A stretch of 59,447 bases of DNA from Chromera velia. Its lineage: Eukaryota. Shown piece by piece: positions 1 through 13,541 of the stretch. How positions within the stretch are numbered: the first letter of the stretch is position 1; each line of letters begins with the position of its first letter. Made by a program: the position numbers and the translations under genes. The notes under the pieces are model-generated. The model did no database searches, was not told the DNA's origin, and saw only the letters and a program-made list of their open reading frames with translations. The stretch covers positions 1-59,447 of the forward strand of contig JAHBMJ010000004.1 in the NCBI GenBank assembly GCA_018398765.1, in the 5' to 3' direction.

Positions 1-2778
1 CCCCCCCCCCCCCCCCCCCCACACACACACCTCCATCGACTGCTGCCGCAACCGCGGCATGGACAGAAGAGCTCCCAGAGGTCCTTTCTCTTTCCCCCCG
101 ACTCTGCCTTCCCGAAGCTCCCCTCCTCAGGAGAGACGACGACGCTCTCAGAGGTCCCCTGTCACCCCCCCGATCAACCATCGGCCCGTCTCCCGCCAGT
201 CCCCCTACCCTTGCAGAGTCGGTCAGCACAATCGCAATCGCGTGATCAAGTACGGGGCTGCATGCATGAATGCACGTAGAAAGAAAGAAAGAAAGAAAGA
301 AAGAAAAAAAAAAAAAAAAAAAGAAAGGAGAGAGGCAGGCAGGACAGAAATCATCGAAGCAACATATCCACAGTTCCGTCTGAAATATCTTCTGTCTCTC
401 TCCTTCTCATTCTCTCGTCCGTCAAACGCACACTTTCCCTCCCTTCAGAAAGACAACGAAGAAGAGAAAGGACCTCCCATCAGCCCTTCAAACACTTCCC
501 TCCTCTCGTACCTCCCTGAAACATCGATGCTTCCTTACACAGGCAAGCAGGCAGGCAGACCGTCAGACAGGCAGAAGGCACGTAGACGAACAAAAACAAA
601 CAAAAGAGACAGAGAGACCAACTGACTCTCCGAGAACATCTTCTGCGTCGGGGAGCCCTCCGGGTGTCAACTTGGGGGAGATTTCTTCCGGCACCACCGG
701 CACCAGGAATTCTGCACAGGCAGGCACGCAGATGTGGGGGGTTCTCCCTCAATTATGCAGACACATGCACACATCCATCACACATGGCTGGCTCAGTATT
801 CATCAAACAAACAGTGAAAGAAGACATAAAGCCCGGACAAATTCTTTGTGCGTGATTGTCTGTCAGGTCGACGCGGCATGCCTCGATCAGAGCTTCACAT
901 GCATTCTGCGCACATATGTGTCGACACAAGGTGATCTCTCTCTCTCTCTTTCTCTCTGTGTGTGTGTGTGTGTATGTGTGTGTGTTTCTCTCTCTCTCTC
1001 TCTCTCTTTTTCTCTCTCTCTCTCTCCCTTCTCTCCCTCTGACAATGAATTCAAACATTTTTTCCTTTTCGCTCTGACTTGGTGCAAAAGAATGAAGGGA
1101 GGGCGATTTCGTCGCGTTTTCTTCCGACACAGTGCTGGTTTGTGTGACTAGCTGCCTGCTTGCCTGCCTGGCTGCGTGTCTGTCTGTCGGCCAGCCTCTC
1201 TCTTTGTCCGTCTGCCTTCATGTCTAAATACAATAGATGGTAAATTTAATTTTCTTCCCTTCCCTCCTTTTGTCTGTCTGATGTCTGACAAACTACCTGC
1301 AGATCCAGAGGCCGCCGCCATGTCACCCCTACTCGGGACCGCCCACTGCATTCACGTATGCAACGATCGAGATGGTAAGGCAAGGCAAGCAGCCGGAATG
1401 AGATGAAAAAGGGGAAAAGGGAATGAGACTCTCGAAGAGTTGTTCTGCATCCCCAATGGAAGAAGACACTGAGTTCCTTCCACACTCTCTGAGTGACTGA
1501 GAGAGAAGCAAATGCAGAAGAGAAAAAGAGAGCAAGCAAGAAGGCATCGCCACTGGAAAAAGAAAGAATGCGTGGTGGACGAGTGACACGAGGACGCATA
1601 GACAGAGTGTGCTGGCTGATTGACACACACACAAAGAGAATCAATCGATCGATCGAAAAGCCAACAGAAAGAAGACGGCATGGGGACGCGTCTTCGCATC
1701 GTCCCATGCAGAAAAAAGAGAACAGAGCGTTCTCTCTCTCTCTGCATCTCATTCGTTACCAATGTTGTCAGCCACAACAAAAAAAAGAAGTCTGACTCAG
1801 AGGAAGAAACGAGGAAAAGGAGAGAGACGGAAACAGACAGACCTCCTGTAAGGCGGGAGGCTTCACAGAAGTTGAAGGCACGGGGGGCCCTGATGAGCCT
1901 GCACCTGCGAGCAGACGGACCGGCACGCACACAGGAAGATCCAGACAGAGAGGCAAAGAAACCGTCAGACTGGAAGAGCCACAGAAAGAGAGAGAGAGAG
2001 AGAGAGAAACCACAAACAAAACAGCCAATTCTCGCACGACCGCATGACCACACCCACCGTTGGCTCTCTGGATTGCTTGCAGGGCCATCATCTGCCCACT
2101 GGGGGCCTGACCCCCTCCTCTCGGGGTCGCCGCTGCGCCTCCTGAGTGGCCATACACCAGAGGAAGGGGCAGAGACGCCTTCCGAGCTCCGTGGCCCGAC
2201 GCTCTGCACTCACTCACTCATTCACTCATTCACTCACTCATTCACTCATTCAGTCACTCACTCATTCACTCATTCAGTCACTCACTTGGGATCAGAAGGC
2301 GCAGGCGAACTGGTCGATCGTTGCATGTCTTCATGTTGCTACATGCTCCTGCTGCTGGACAGACAGCTACCGGAGCGAGGCATCGTCATCCATCCATCGA
2401 TCTGTCAACTTTCTTCTCCGTCCCTGCCTGCCTGCGTGCCAGGATTGCCTCTCCTTTTTCTCTCTTCTCCCCTTCCCTCCTCTCCTCTCCTGTGCAAACA
2501 GCCCCCTGCTCAAAAGAGTTCTTCATTCCTTCCTTCCTTCCTTCCTTCCTTCCTTTATGTCTTTTCGATGGATTTGTTTCGTCTCTCAAGGAGGTTGTCT
2601 AGATCTAGGTGCGCTCGTGCATGCGTGCAGAAAAGAAAAGAGCAGCTCGATCGATCGTTCAAGGAAGGAACTTCATTCCCATGCATGGAAGGAAGTCGGC
2701 GCCTTTCTCCGAAAACGAAATAAAAAACTTCATGCCTTGCATATACGCTCACAAATAGGGACACAGGGAGCGAGAGAA

Positions 2779-2841
<63 letters not shown>

Positions 2842-4865
2842 TGACTGACAGGGGCGTGATTGAAGTAGTCTCAGGGTGAGGCTGGAGGTTCATTGGAGAC
2901 GGGGAGGCGCCTTGCTGGTCTGCGTCCGAAGGTTTGAGAACGCCTGCTTGCTCGCTCGTCTCGTTTGCCCGTCAGTTTGTTGGTTTGTTCATTGATTGAT
3001 GTGCAGTCAGTCATCACACACAAAGGAAGGAAGGAAGGAAGGAAGGAAGGACAGTAGGAGGAAAGAGTCGACTCAATTCAATGCAGGGATAAGATCAATT
3101 AACATGCGACCGAGAAAAAAAAAAGGGGGGACGACGAATTGTTGATAAAACGCCAGAACAAGCAGAGACACACACAATACAGGCAGAAACACACACCACC
3201 TCGTAGACATTCGCAAAGACACCTACCTGGATACGCGGAGGCCGGGACGGATGGGAGGGGACTGAAAGGGAGCTAGGGAAGAGAAGGAGGAATGAAGGAG
3301 GGAAGTCATGAAAGAAATGGAAAATAAAGACGCACACACGGGCTGAAGGAAGGACTTCAAGGAGAGGAGAGGGACAGAGACAGAGAGAGGAGGAGAAGAT
3401 AGACAGACAGACAAACTTGCATCTCATCTCATCTAAGAAAGCTGACCTGGAGGAAGAAAGGTCGCCAGGGGCCCCTCACTCATTCGACGTCTCTTCGCCC
3501 TCAGTTGCCTTGCCTGGGCCTGCATACAGGGAAGGAAGGAAGAACGAAGGCAGGAGGCAGAAAAAAAAGACGTTTTGAAATAGGGGGGAATGAGCCCAGG
3601 AAGGGAAGTGGAAAAGAGAGAGGCGTACCGGAAGGGAAGGAAGAAGGCCACACAGACAGACGAGCAAAAGAGAAAGACAAAAATGGGTGCACCATCCACT
3701 TTCTTATTTCTCGACGGCATCCGTATACTCGAAACCCCGCACAGCAAAGAAGTGGCACGGTAACATAAAGAAGTAACAACATGCAGAGAGTAAACGAACG
3801 AACAGTGAAAGAAACGAACCAACCGAAGCCGCCTCGGGAGAATTTATTTTCGACTTTCCGTCCGCGTAGTCCTGTTCCTCTTCCAAGGCTGCATGCATCC
3901 ATCCATGTATCCTTTCATTCATGCACGTCAAAATGAAGCTCTGAAAGCTTTCTGTAGAATCAAAATGCGCAGAGAGCTCTTCTTAGTCAGACGGACATGC
4001 AGAACGATTTCCTCTTCCGTGTGAGGTCCCACATTTCCTCTACCTCCCATGCAGGTTGCCTTCCACCAAGACTTTTGCCCTGCACGCATTCACCCAAGCA
4101 CCCACCCACCCTGACCGACGCGACCTGACCTGCAGCATACATGTAGCACTCCATTTCCTTCAGAGCCTTTCTGTCTTCTTCTCTGAACTCGGGGTCCTCC
4201 GCAACCAGACCGAAGATCGTCTTCGCAGCGGGAAGGGCCAGAATTTGACCTGCGGCGGCGAGCAGGTGCGGGGACGGACGTACAAGCATGGGAATGCGAC
4301 ACGAAAGAGAAAGTTTTTGCTTGCACGCATACTTAGACGGAGAGCAAAACCCCACCACCCTCCATTCCTTCCCAGGATTCCTTCAGCTTGATGGACGGAG
4401 GGAAGGAAGGTCCGGATAAGAGAGAGAGAGAGAGCCAGGATCGAGAGGAAAATAAAGGCAAAAAAAGGAACGCCCGCCCTGGCTGGAGGTTGTGCGTGTG
4501 TGTACACACCTTTCTGACCTTCCAAAGGGCACAGAAGAGGAGACTGAAGAGCAGATTCGAAAAACACAACAAGACCAGAACAGGAGAGGACAGGGAGGAT
4601 TCATACTATCCTCTCCTTCCTTCCTTCCTTCTATCTTTCAAGAAAAAAAGAACGAACAAATCGACCCAGCAGATCGGTCGTTGGAATGTTCGAAGCGAGG
4701 GAGCTGAGAGAGAAGCTAGACAAGACAGACCGACCCATAAGCATGTAGGCTGTCGGCATTTTCTTCCGCAGAGACCTGCTTGCATCCTCAACCGGGAGAA
4801 GGGGGAAGGGAATAGAGGGGTCAGCAGTCATGTGGAGGTGTGCATTTGATTGTTTTTGGCTGCGC

Positions 4866-4904
<39 letters not shown>

Positions 4905-4947
4905 CCCCCAAAAGTAAATCTGTGTGTGAGTGCGTGTGTGCGTGTGT

Positions 4948-4986
<39 letters not shown>

Positions 4987-5401
4987 TTTCTGTGCCGCGC
5001 GCTCTCCTGTCCGTCTCCTTGTACAGGCGTCTGTCTGAGTCTGTGCATGTGTGACGACGACAGAGAGAGAACAGTTGATTGTTTCGTACATCCTCTGTTC
5101 TAGGACTCAAAGATGAGCTCAAGACAAATTTTGGACCTGTCCTTCCCCCCCGCTTGAACAGTCAAAAGGAGCGAAGAAAGGAAAGAAAGGAGTCAACGAA
5201 GCGCTTTGTGTCACGGATATGGACACACATACACACACGCATACACGCACAGACACAGAGAGAGGGGGGGGAGGGGTGGGAGGGGTGGGAGCGAAAGAAC
5301 GTGCACACAAACGAGAGACAAAACTGACCGAAACGCTAAATCGCAAACAAAGCAAATCTTGTGAAATTCCCGAATTTCCTTCATTGACATCTCCTTCCAC
5401 G

Positions 5402-5441
<40 letters not shown>

Positions 5442-8295
5442 CACACAGAGGGAGAGAGGGAGAGAGACCAAAAAAAAAGTAAAGACCCGAACCCTTACTG
5501 GTCGCATCTAATTGCAAGAACTCTCACATATGTGCAATCAATCAGGCAGGCCAACAAATGCCTTCCTTGCCTTTGTGGCGGTCAGAAAGTCCTTGTGCCT
5601 ACACATCGTGAGAGAGAATGAAGGCCCCCCTCAACCCATCCCTCCCACAGGCCCCCTCCCTCCTGGTCTGTATTTCTCCTCCCTTTCTGATCTTCTGCAG
5701 CCAGTGCTCTCTTTGCTCTGTGCGTGTGCAATTTTCTTTTCTGTCAGAATTTCTTTGTGCACATACACAGCATAGCTGCATAGCTGCATATGGACAACTA
5801 ATCATCTCGGTTCTGCTTCTTTGCTCTCTGCTATGCATCGACTGATTTGGGTGGAGCACATCAATGTTCTTCCTTCCTTCCTTCCTTCCTTCATTTTTGG
5901 ATCACTGATCGACCGGTGGCCTGCTTGCTTGCAATAAAAAAAACTCGACTCGCTTAAATGTTGCTTGCCCGCTTGGCTGCTTGCCTGTTTGAATTCGAGG
6001 ACGAGGCCTACGGAGACTTGCTGCACCTCGTCTCTTTTGAGGAAGGTGACCAGCCTTCTCATCTGCCTCCTGAGGACTTTGGGAGGGGACGTCCCGGGGG
6101 AGAGCGAAAAAGGCCCAGAGCCGGCGATCACGCTGTGGCCCTCAGGCTGCCCGGGGGCAGACACGACGCTGGGGGAGTCGGAATCGTTCAAACTGTTCAC
6201 AGCCAGGGCCGCAGGGTAGAAAGCCTGCATGGGGGTGTGTGGGCAGATTTTTGTGCAAAGAAAGAAAGAAAGAAAAGAAAGAAAGACGTACGTATTCGAG
6301 TGATCATGCACACTCACAGCACAGCATGATATCACATCAGCTTATTCCAGACACCTTGTACTCATGCAGAGAACGTCCGCGCACCTAATTGACTGATGTG
6401 AGAGGGAGATTTATTTCCTCATACGGGGACGGACAAGTGCTGTCACCCACCGCACTCAACTCAACTCAACGGTGAGAGAGAAAGAGGACGGACCGGATAC
6501 GCCGCAAGCGATAGCAAAGAAATGAATGAGTGAATGGGAGAGAGATACAAGCAAATCCAAAATAAGGGAAGAGCAAAAAGCAGAGAAAGAGCAAAAAGCA
6601 GAGAAGAGGAAAACAAATCAGTCAGAAAGAAAGAGAGCCGAGGAGTCAATCAAAAGAGCAGGGAGGAACGAAGGGAGTACAAAAGAAACGAAAGAAATCT
6701 TCTCGTCTCCTCTCCTCTTCGGTCCACTTGAATTGCAGCACACCCATACATACATAGATACATGCACACGCACACTCACCCCGCAAAAGCAGTACAAGCA
6801 GTACAGTGAGAGCTGCAGACCGATGCAAACCCCCCAAAAGTCATTGCTTCCATGCATGCATGCATGCACGCACGCATACATGCACCGACCGACCGACCAA
6901 AACGACCAGCTTGACAAACGCGGCTGGTGATTCGGCAGTTTCCAAGTTGAGGTGGGCCCATCGCATGAAGTACCTGCGATTGATCCATAGATCGACAGAT
7001 TGAGCGAGGAAGGAAGGAAGGAGAAAACTTGTCCCCGAAAGGAGAGAAGTAGAAGAAAGAATGGTGTGAGAGAGAAGGGCTCTCCTCGAAGGATGTATGA
7101 GGAGAGACATTTTGAGGGTTTATCAGACTGGCTCAGGGAGCAGAGAGAAGATCGAACAGAGAAGAAAAGAAGAAAAGTACATGCCGATGTGACAATAAAT
7201 GAATGGCCAAAAGAGTGTGTGTCTTATCTCTCACTTGAACTTCCTTTGACCAACAGCGGGATCACACCACCCATGCATGTTCTTGCTGCTGCTGCTGCCG
7301 CTGATGCAAAACCCAACAACACCCGATTGATTGCACAAGGCAGGCAAGCAGGCAGGCACACATGCAGTTACTGACGCACGTCCTGCCTCTCCTCTTCTTT
7401 CAAGTCTTGCGTTCCCTCTCACTGTCCAGATCAACTCCCCACTGAGCATTGGCAAAGGCGGACAGAGAGATGGGTAGATAGATAGAGACATCCTCTTTCA
7501 GAACGGAGGTATGAATCAAATTCTCCCCTGGCACCCCACCCCCCCACCCACCCATGTACGCACCCACCCACCCACCCCATTTTTCTGTTTTGAACTTGGA
7601 CAGAGTCCACTTTCTTCTTCCGACGCTGGCAATCCACGCAGAGGCCAATCAGAGAGCCCAAACCGCTACCGACCTGAAGCACACACACACATGAGTTGAA
7701 GATAAATGTACGAAAAAATCATCTATGAACTTACACCACTCTTTGACTTGCAGTTGGCACACACGTGCGCAGTCACTCTCTCACACAGAGACGCATCATT
7801 ACACGCATCCTCTTTCACACATGACAGACTTTCACGTGATCACTGGGTTCACACGTTAATCCTCTGCTGCTTCCACTCAAGACAAGGGACAGACAGAGAG
7901 ACTATATCGTCTTTTCTCTACTTTACTTCTTCGCTTCCTTTCGTTCAGACAGAATACATGTTTCTTCTTCTCCCTTCTTTTGTTCATGTGCATAACAAAA
8001 AGACAGACAAACAGACAGGCACTCATACCAAAAGCCTCCTGAGGAATGCAGATCGACACGCGGCTGCACGAACGAACGAACGGACTGACTGACTGACCAG
8101 ACCCGCGAGGACGACCCCGATTGGGCCGAATGGAAGCGCCAGAATTCCGAAAATTCCAGCGCCCATGCAGCACCCCGGGGTCCTGTAACTCTTGTAGGGT
8201 TTGGCCCTCGTACGTTCCAGCCAGTCCCTCTCAAAGAATTGTTCGTCGTTTCCCTCATCGAACACCAAGAGGTCACGCTCGTGTTGGGCGTTCAT
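1..8295 (-). CDS. Intron-rich hypothetical protein with an N-terminal Gly-rich hydrophobic (membrane) segment; continues beyond the left edge
   Basis: Short exons bounded by cag/gt that join in frame: ~8098-8295 (MNAQHERD...PFGPIGVVLAGL), ~7577-7674 (VGSGLGSLIGLCVDCQRRKKK...), ~6908-6973 (YFMRWAHLNLETAESPAAFVKL), ~5985-6224 (AFYPAALAV...GLVLEFKQ, apparent GC donor), ~5349-5402 (SWKEMSMKEIREFHKICF). Further candidate exons near 4730-4775, 4130-4250, 3445-3520, 2850-2945, 2060-2205, 1845-1905, 1297-1348, 620-712 and 31-210. Exact model and start are uncertain; no family recognised. Confidence 0.6.
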
Positions 8296-8911
8296 CTTCC
8301 CTCCCTTCCTTCCTGATCATCGCGATGGATGTACCGGTGCACGCATGCATATGCACATTTGCACATGCTAGACACGAATGAATCACCATCCCCATTGTCA
8401 CACGCAACCTGCCGGTCTCTGTCTCGCCACATGCCCCTGGTTTGTTTCCGTTCTCTTTCCGTCCCTTTTACATTGAAAAATGAGAATTAATGGAGGCGGA
8501 TGGGTGGTATTTGAATCACGGGATACATTTAAAGCGTCGGCAGAAAGATGGGCCTGCCTGTAAGTGATGCTTCTCCGTCCCCAACACCCTCACTCCTCTT
8601 ATGTCCTCTCCCTCGCTCCTCAATGCATTGCAATTCAACGCAACTGTTGTTCACGTGAACGCGGTGCACGAAGGAGAGATGGAGCACGAAGTGTGGAGGA
8701 GAGATGCAGATCGTGAATGTCGGAGGCCTGTCTTCTTCTGCCTCTTTGGCCTTCCTACCAAGCGTTTGGCATCGCAGAAGCAAACTTACACTCACCCAGC
8801 TATTCCGGGACGAGGAGGATCCACAAAGGAAAGAGACAGCAGACGTTCCCCGCAAACAAACAGGATCCCCCTATGGCTATTCTCCGACTGGCGTCACCTT
8901 CTGTCTACCCC

Positions 8912-9006
8912 CTTTCCCCTTTGGCTCAGACACAAAGGGAGTGGGTGATCAGGACAACACTTTCCCCTTTGGCTCAGACACAAAGGGAGTGGGTGATCAG
9001 GACAAC
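8912..9006. repeat. Tandem duplication, 47-bp identical copies at 48-bp period
   Basis: ctttcccctttggctcagacacaaagggagtgggtgatcaggacaac at 8912-8958 and 8960-9006; each unit holds a ccctttg/caaaggg hairpin. Confidence 0.95.
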
Positions 9007-9904
9007 TGTTGACTGATATGAAAACGAAGAGTGTGCTAGCTCGCTCTCTGGCTACACAAGTCCGGTCTACATGAGATCTTGTTCAGTACCCTGCACGCCG
9101 AAGCCGTTTCCAGACTGGGAGCGTTCAGGACTCACTTTGCTGCGCTTCGGTTTATCCAGCCTCTTGACCTCGAACGATGCATGGCTCTGAGCAATCAGCA
9201 AGAATTAAGGGGCTAGCTACACAGAAGGATCATGAAATCATGCAGTCAGTCTGACCATGACCATATGTCTGACATGCATTGTCTGACTGCCCCGATTAAA
9301 AAACTGACGCACGCACTGAGCGTCCCAAGTCTGATGCCCCGGAAATATCGCTGAGAGGGCACTTAACACGAAAATGCCTGCTAAATCCTTACAGGGCACT
9401 CACCCAAGCTGTGAGGTTGTGTGTCTCGTCGGCTTAAGCGATAAATCTCATATATTATATATAATTGAAGTGCGGGATCATCGGTTAAGACGAGACTCAG
9501 AGGGCAGCTCACCTGTGAGGCCCCATATGACTCAACAAAAACTCGCATACTGGAACTGAAAAAGTGCCCCCCATGCAGGCCGACTTAATTTCGCTTTCCG
9601 GGCCATTCGCACGGAGTGCTTGAACATGCTTGAACTAGCTGTGACAGCCGGAGTGTATCGACGCAATGCGTCCTGACATGTCCTGATAATCGACGACATT
9701 GTGACGACGAATCAAATGTCCATATGTACGGCCTCTCGCAGCTTCTCCTCCAGGAATCCTCCTGACCGATCTCAGCGGCAATCTGGCGGTAAGAACTCTG
9801 ACTCGCGCGTCAGCTAGAAGTGAGGAGGCGAGACGGCAAGCTTGCTCCTGACGTCGTACGTATATCCACTCTCTAAATCAATAAGTGCCAGTGTCGTGCC
9901 GAAG

Positions 9905-10495
9905 ATGTCGTGCAGTCACCGGATCTCCGGCTTGCTTCTCCGTCCCTCTCACCCTATTCTCTCAAGGGCTTCTGCACGCTCCGTCTCCCGCCCCCTGTCT
10001 GTGAAGAACAGGACGACACAGTCTTCCTCTTCCTCGACATTCGCAAAGCCCGGCCAGGGGCCGAAGTACGGGTGAGTCGGCTTGCGCTGCCAATCAATTC
10101 ATGTTCGCACTTTGCGGCCAGACTGCTATTTGAGAAACTCAACTGACGAGATCCATATCTTCTTGAAAGCAAGAATGCATTCAAAAAGTGCCTCTCTTCT
10201 TTATTAATTAAATTTCCTTTGGTGGTTGTCCCTTCTTCGTCCTCCGCCCGTTTTTTCTTTGTCTCAGCTCTCTTCGACTGTCAGCCGATCCTTCTGACAT
10301 ATTTCGTGCGCGCTAAGGAAGCCTCAGAGGGTTGAATAGGTAGGCAAGTGAATGCGCACGCGGCTGAATGCTGGTGTGTGATGGAGTGTGTGAAGTAAGC
10401 GAACGTCATATGTATGTATGTATGTATGTATGTGTACGTTTGTCTGAAGGTGAGTGTTTGGGTCTCTCTCTCTCTCTCTCTCTCTCCCTCTCCCT

Positions 10496-10574
<79 letters not shown>

Positions 10575-10777
10575 CCTCTCTCTCTCTGTCTCTCTGTGTG
10601 TGTGTGTGTGTGTGCGCGCGCGCTTCTGTGTGACTTGTGTGTCTGCGTACGTGTAGATGTGTGTATATGTGTAAGTGTAAGTCTGTATGTGTAAATGTGT
10701 AAGTATAAGAGTGTGTGTGTAAGCGTGTATGTGAAAGAGTGTTTTGTGTACGTGTAAGAGTGTGTATGTGTGAGTGT

Positions 10778-10818
<41 letters not shown>

Positions 10819-10875
10819 TGGAAGTCGGTAACTGTAAGAGCAAGTGTAAGTGTATAAGTGTAAGAGTGTGTGTTC

Positions 10876-10916
<41 letters not shown>

Positions 10917-12376
10917 GTGTATGTGTTATGTGTGAGTGTGTGCCTGCATCTGTCTGGTTGTGTCCCTGTCTGTCTGTCCGTCTGTCTGTCTGGTGAAAAG
11001 AAGGGAGAAGAAGAAACATATAGTTTGTCTGATTGTGTTTCCGCGCGTGTGTGTGTGCGTGTGTGTGTGCGTGTGTGTGTGTGTGTGTCTATGTGTGTGT
11101 GTCTATGTGTGTGTGTCTATGTGTGTGCGCGTGTGTGTGTTTGTGTTTGTGTGTATGTGTGTGTGTGCGTGTGTGTGTGTGTGTGAGAGAGAGAGTGTGT
11201 GTGTGCGCGCAGGGAGGGAGAGAGATCGAGACAGAGAGAGAAGAGAAAGCGCTGCACGCCTGCCCACCCCGTGATGCATCCATGCAGGTCTCCCGCTCCT
11301 CCTCGTTCCGCTGTTGTCAAAGCGCAGCAACAGCCTCAAGCAGTACAGCAGCAGCAGCAGAACTTGGCGCCGCAAGTGCAGGTAAGCAGGTCGGCAGGCC
11401 TCGTTGGACCTGCATGGATTGTTGGAGAGAGGGAGGCCTGCGTGTTTGTTTGTTTTTTTGTTTGAAGCCGCTCGTCTTCTCTTTCTCTTCTCTCTTCTCC
11501 TCTTGTGAAAGACCAAAAGCTGCAGAGTGTTGGGTGAGTGCGACAAAGTTTTTTGATTTCAAACAAATAAGTCAGTTCGTCGACTTGGCTGCATAGTCTT
11601 TCTTTCCGCACCCCGGGGGGTAAGGAGAGAGAGCTTTCATGAAAAATTGATGATCGAGCGAATCCGTTGAGACGGGCGGACACAGAAGGAAGAAATCGAA
11701 TGAGAATCAGGGTGAGTTCCATGTGACAGGGCCTGCGCCACGTGTCTCCATTTAAATCGATTTGCCTCCCTCCCTCCATGCGTTGAGTGCTGCAGCAGCC
11801 GGGTGGGTGGGGCACCTCCATCCGTGGTGCTCTGGTGGATGGCCTCGCTCATGGAGTCGGGTGGGGGGTCGCCTCTCGTCTTGTTGACTCCGTAATGGGG
11901 CCACGGTATGTCTCTGTCTGTCTGTATGTGCCTGGCCTGTCTGGTTGCATGGGTTTGTTTGTAGCGGGGCCACAGTGAGCACGTGTCTGTGAGTCTTTCC
12001 TCCTTCCTTTTCCGTTTGCGTGGTTGGCTGCCTGTCTTCTACAAATTATGCAGACTCGAAGAGAGAGAAAGAAACAAACAGAAAAAAGGAACAAAGAAAG
12101 AAAGAATAGAAAGAAAGAAACAAAGAAAAAAAGACAGGAAGAAAGAAAGAAAAGAAGACAGAAAGAAACAAAGAAAAAGAGACAGGAAGAAAGGAGGAAA
12201 GACACAAAGAGAGAAAGAAAGGAGAAACAAGTACGAAAGAAAGAAAGAAAGAAAGCAAGCAAGCAAGCAAGAAAGAAAGAAAGGAAGAAAAGCATGGAGA
12301 AAGAAACGGAGGAAGAAAGAAAGAAAGAAAGAAAGCAACAAAAGAAAGAAAGAAAGAAAAAAAGAAAAAGAGAGAG

Positions 12377-12427
<51 letters not shown>

Positions 12428-13147
12428 AAGAGAGAGAGAGGGGGGGGGAGAGAGAGAGAGAGAAAGAAAGAAAGAAAGAAAGAAAGCAGACAGACAGACA
12501 GACAGACAGAAAGAAAGAAAGAAAGAAAGAAAGATTGAAAGAAACAAAGAAAGAAAGAAAAAACAGAGAGAGAGAGAGAGAGAGAGAGAAGACAGACAGA
12601 CAGACAGAAGACAGACAGACAGAAAGAAAGAAAGAAAGAAAAAGAGAAAGGATCGAACACAGATCGAGGCAGACAATCGAACCAAAGGCCCACCCACCAC
12701 CTACCGCAAGGGGGGGGGGGCTGCTGCAGACGCCGTCTCGTCACCGCTTCCTTCCGCGCTCTCTATCTATCTCCTAGCTTTCCCTTTTTCTCTTTCGCCG
12801 ACTCGATCCTGAATTCCCCCCTTTGCGTCCCTGCCTGCCTGCATGGAGCCTTGGCGTCCCTCTCTCCCTCCCTCTCTCCTTGCAGGACAATGGAGGTTGT
12901 CCACACACACGAGAACAGCCCCCCGAGTAACACGGACCAACAGCAGCCGCCTTCAGGAGACGCATCGGGGGGCGGAGGGGCGGGTGCAGATGGCGGCAGT
13001 CAGTCCGACTCAGGGTCCCAGGGGTGGAGCTGGGGGAGTGACGGCAATGAGCGGTCGGACACCAGTTCATGGTTCGGGGGGGGGATAGACGAGGGGGGGG
13101 ACGACGACGGAGGGGGCGATGGGGGGGACTGGGGAGACTGGGACTGA
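9905..13147 (+). CDS. CHCHD2/CHCHD10/Mix17-like mitochondrial protein (about 210 aa) lacking the twin-CX9C CHCH domain
   Basis: Phase-compatible exons 9905-10071, 11288-11381, 11796-11905, 12886-13147. R/S-rich N-terminus without acidic residues (presequence-like), a P/Q/A linker, then [33 protein letters not shown], resembling the plant/protist CHCHD2-family motif GMAFGTGSAVAHRAVDAVMGPRTIQHE. Ends in an acidic Gly/Asp/Trp tail. Confidence 0.75.
12060..12650. repeat. Intronic purine-rich compound microsatellite (AAAG/AG/AGAC)n
   Basis: Direct reading; source of several spurious K/R/E-rich ORFs. Confidence 0.9.
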
Positions 13148-13541
13148 AGCAGGCTGATCGCTTCAAGGAGTGTCGGCTTGAGCGTCGGCCGTGGATTTCA
13201 TTCATGTGGGGAGACTGATTGTTAATGTACGATTACATGAAAGCGGTGAAACCGATCACGATATTTTCACCCAGTGACACCCACAGGACAAGCCACAGGG
13301 AGTTATGATGTAATATTCCACCCAGACCCTAAATTCCGTGGTAAATATAAAAATTGCTAGAAAAATTGTGACGTTACTGAGGTTTGCGTAAGGATAAGTA
13401 CATGTAAGCATCGGTAAGGCTTCTAGTAAAGCTTGTAGAAGTAGAAATGATGTCAGGCAGCGTTGCTAAAAATTTATTCACTAAAAACATTATTCTTGTA
13501 AAAACAATTTAAACAAAAAGGATAGTGGTCAGGCTAGCCTA

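Noticed and set aside
10328..10339. Possible 12-nt microexon (cag|AGGGTTGAATAG|gtaggc) in the CHCHD2-like gene
   Set aside because: Phase-symmetric, so the model works with or without it; undecidable without transcripts.
10324..12812. Long HT/CV/ER/K-rich ORFs in the track (also around 16100-16550, 20360-20850, 38468-39190, 42900-43400)
   Set aside because: Translations of intronic microsatellites that happen to lack stop codons.
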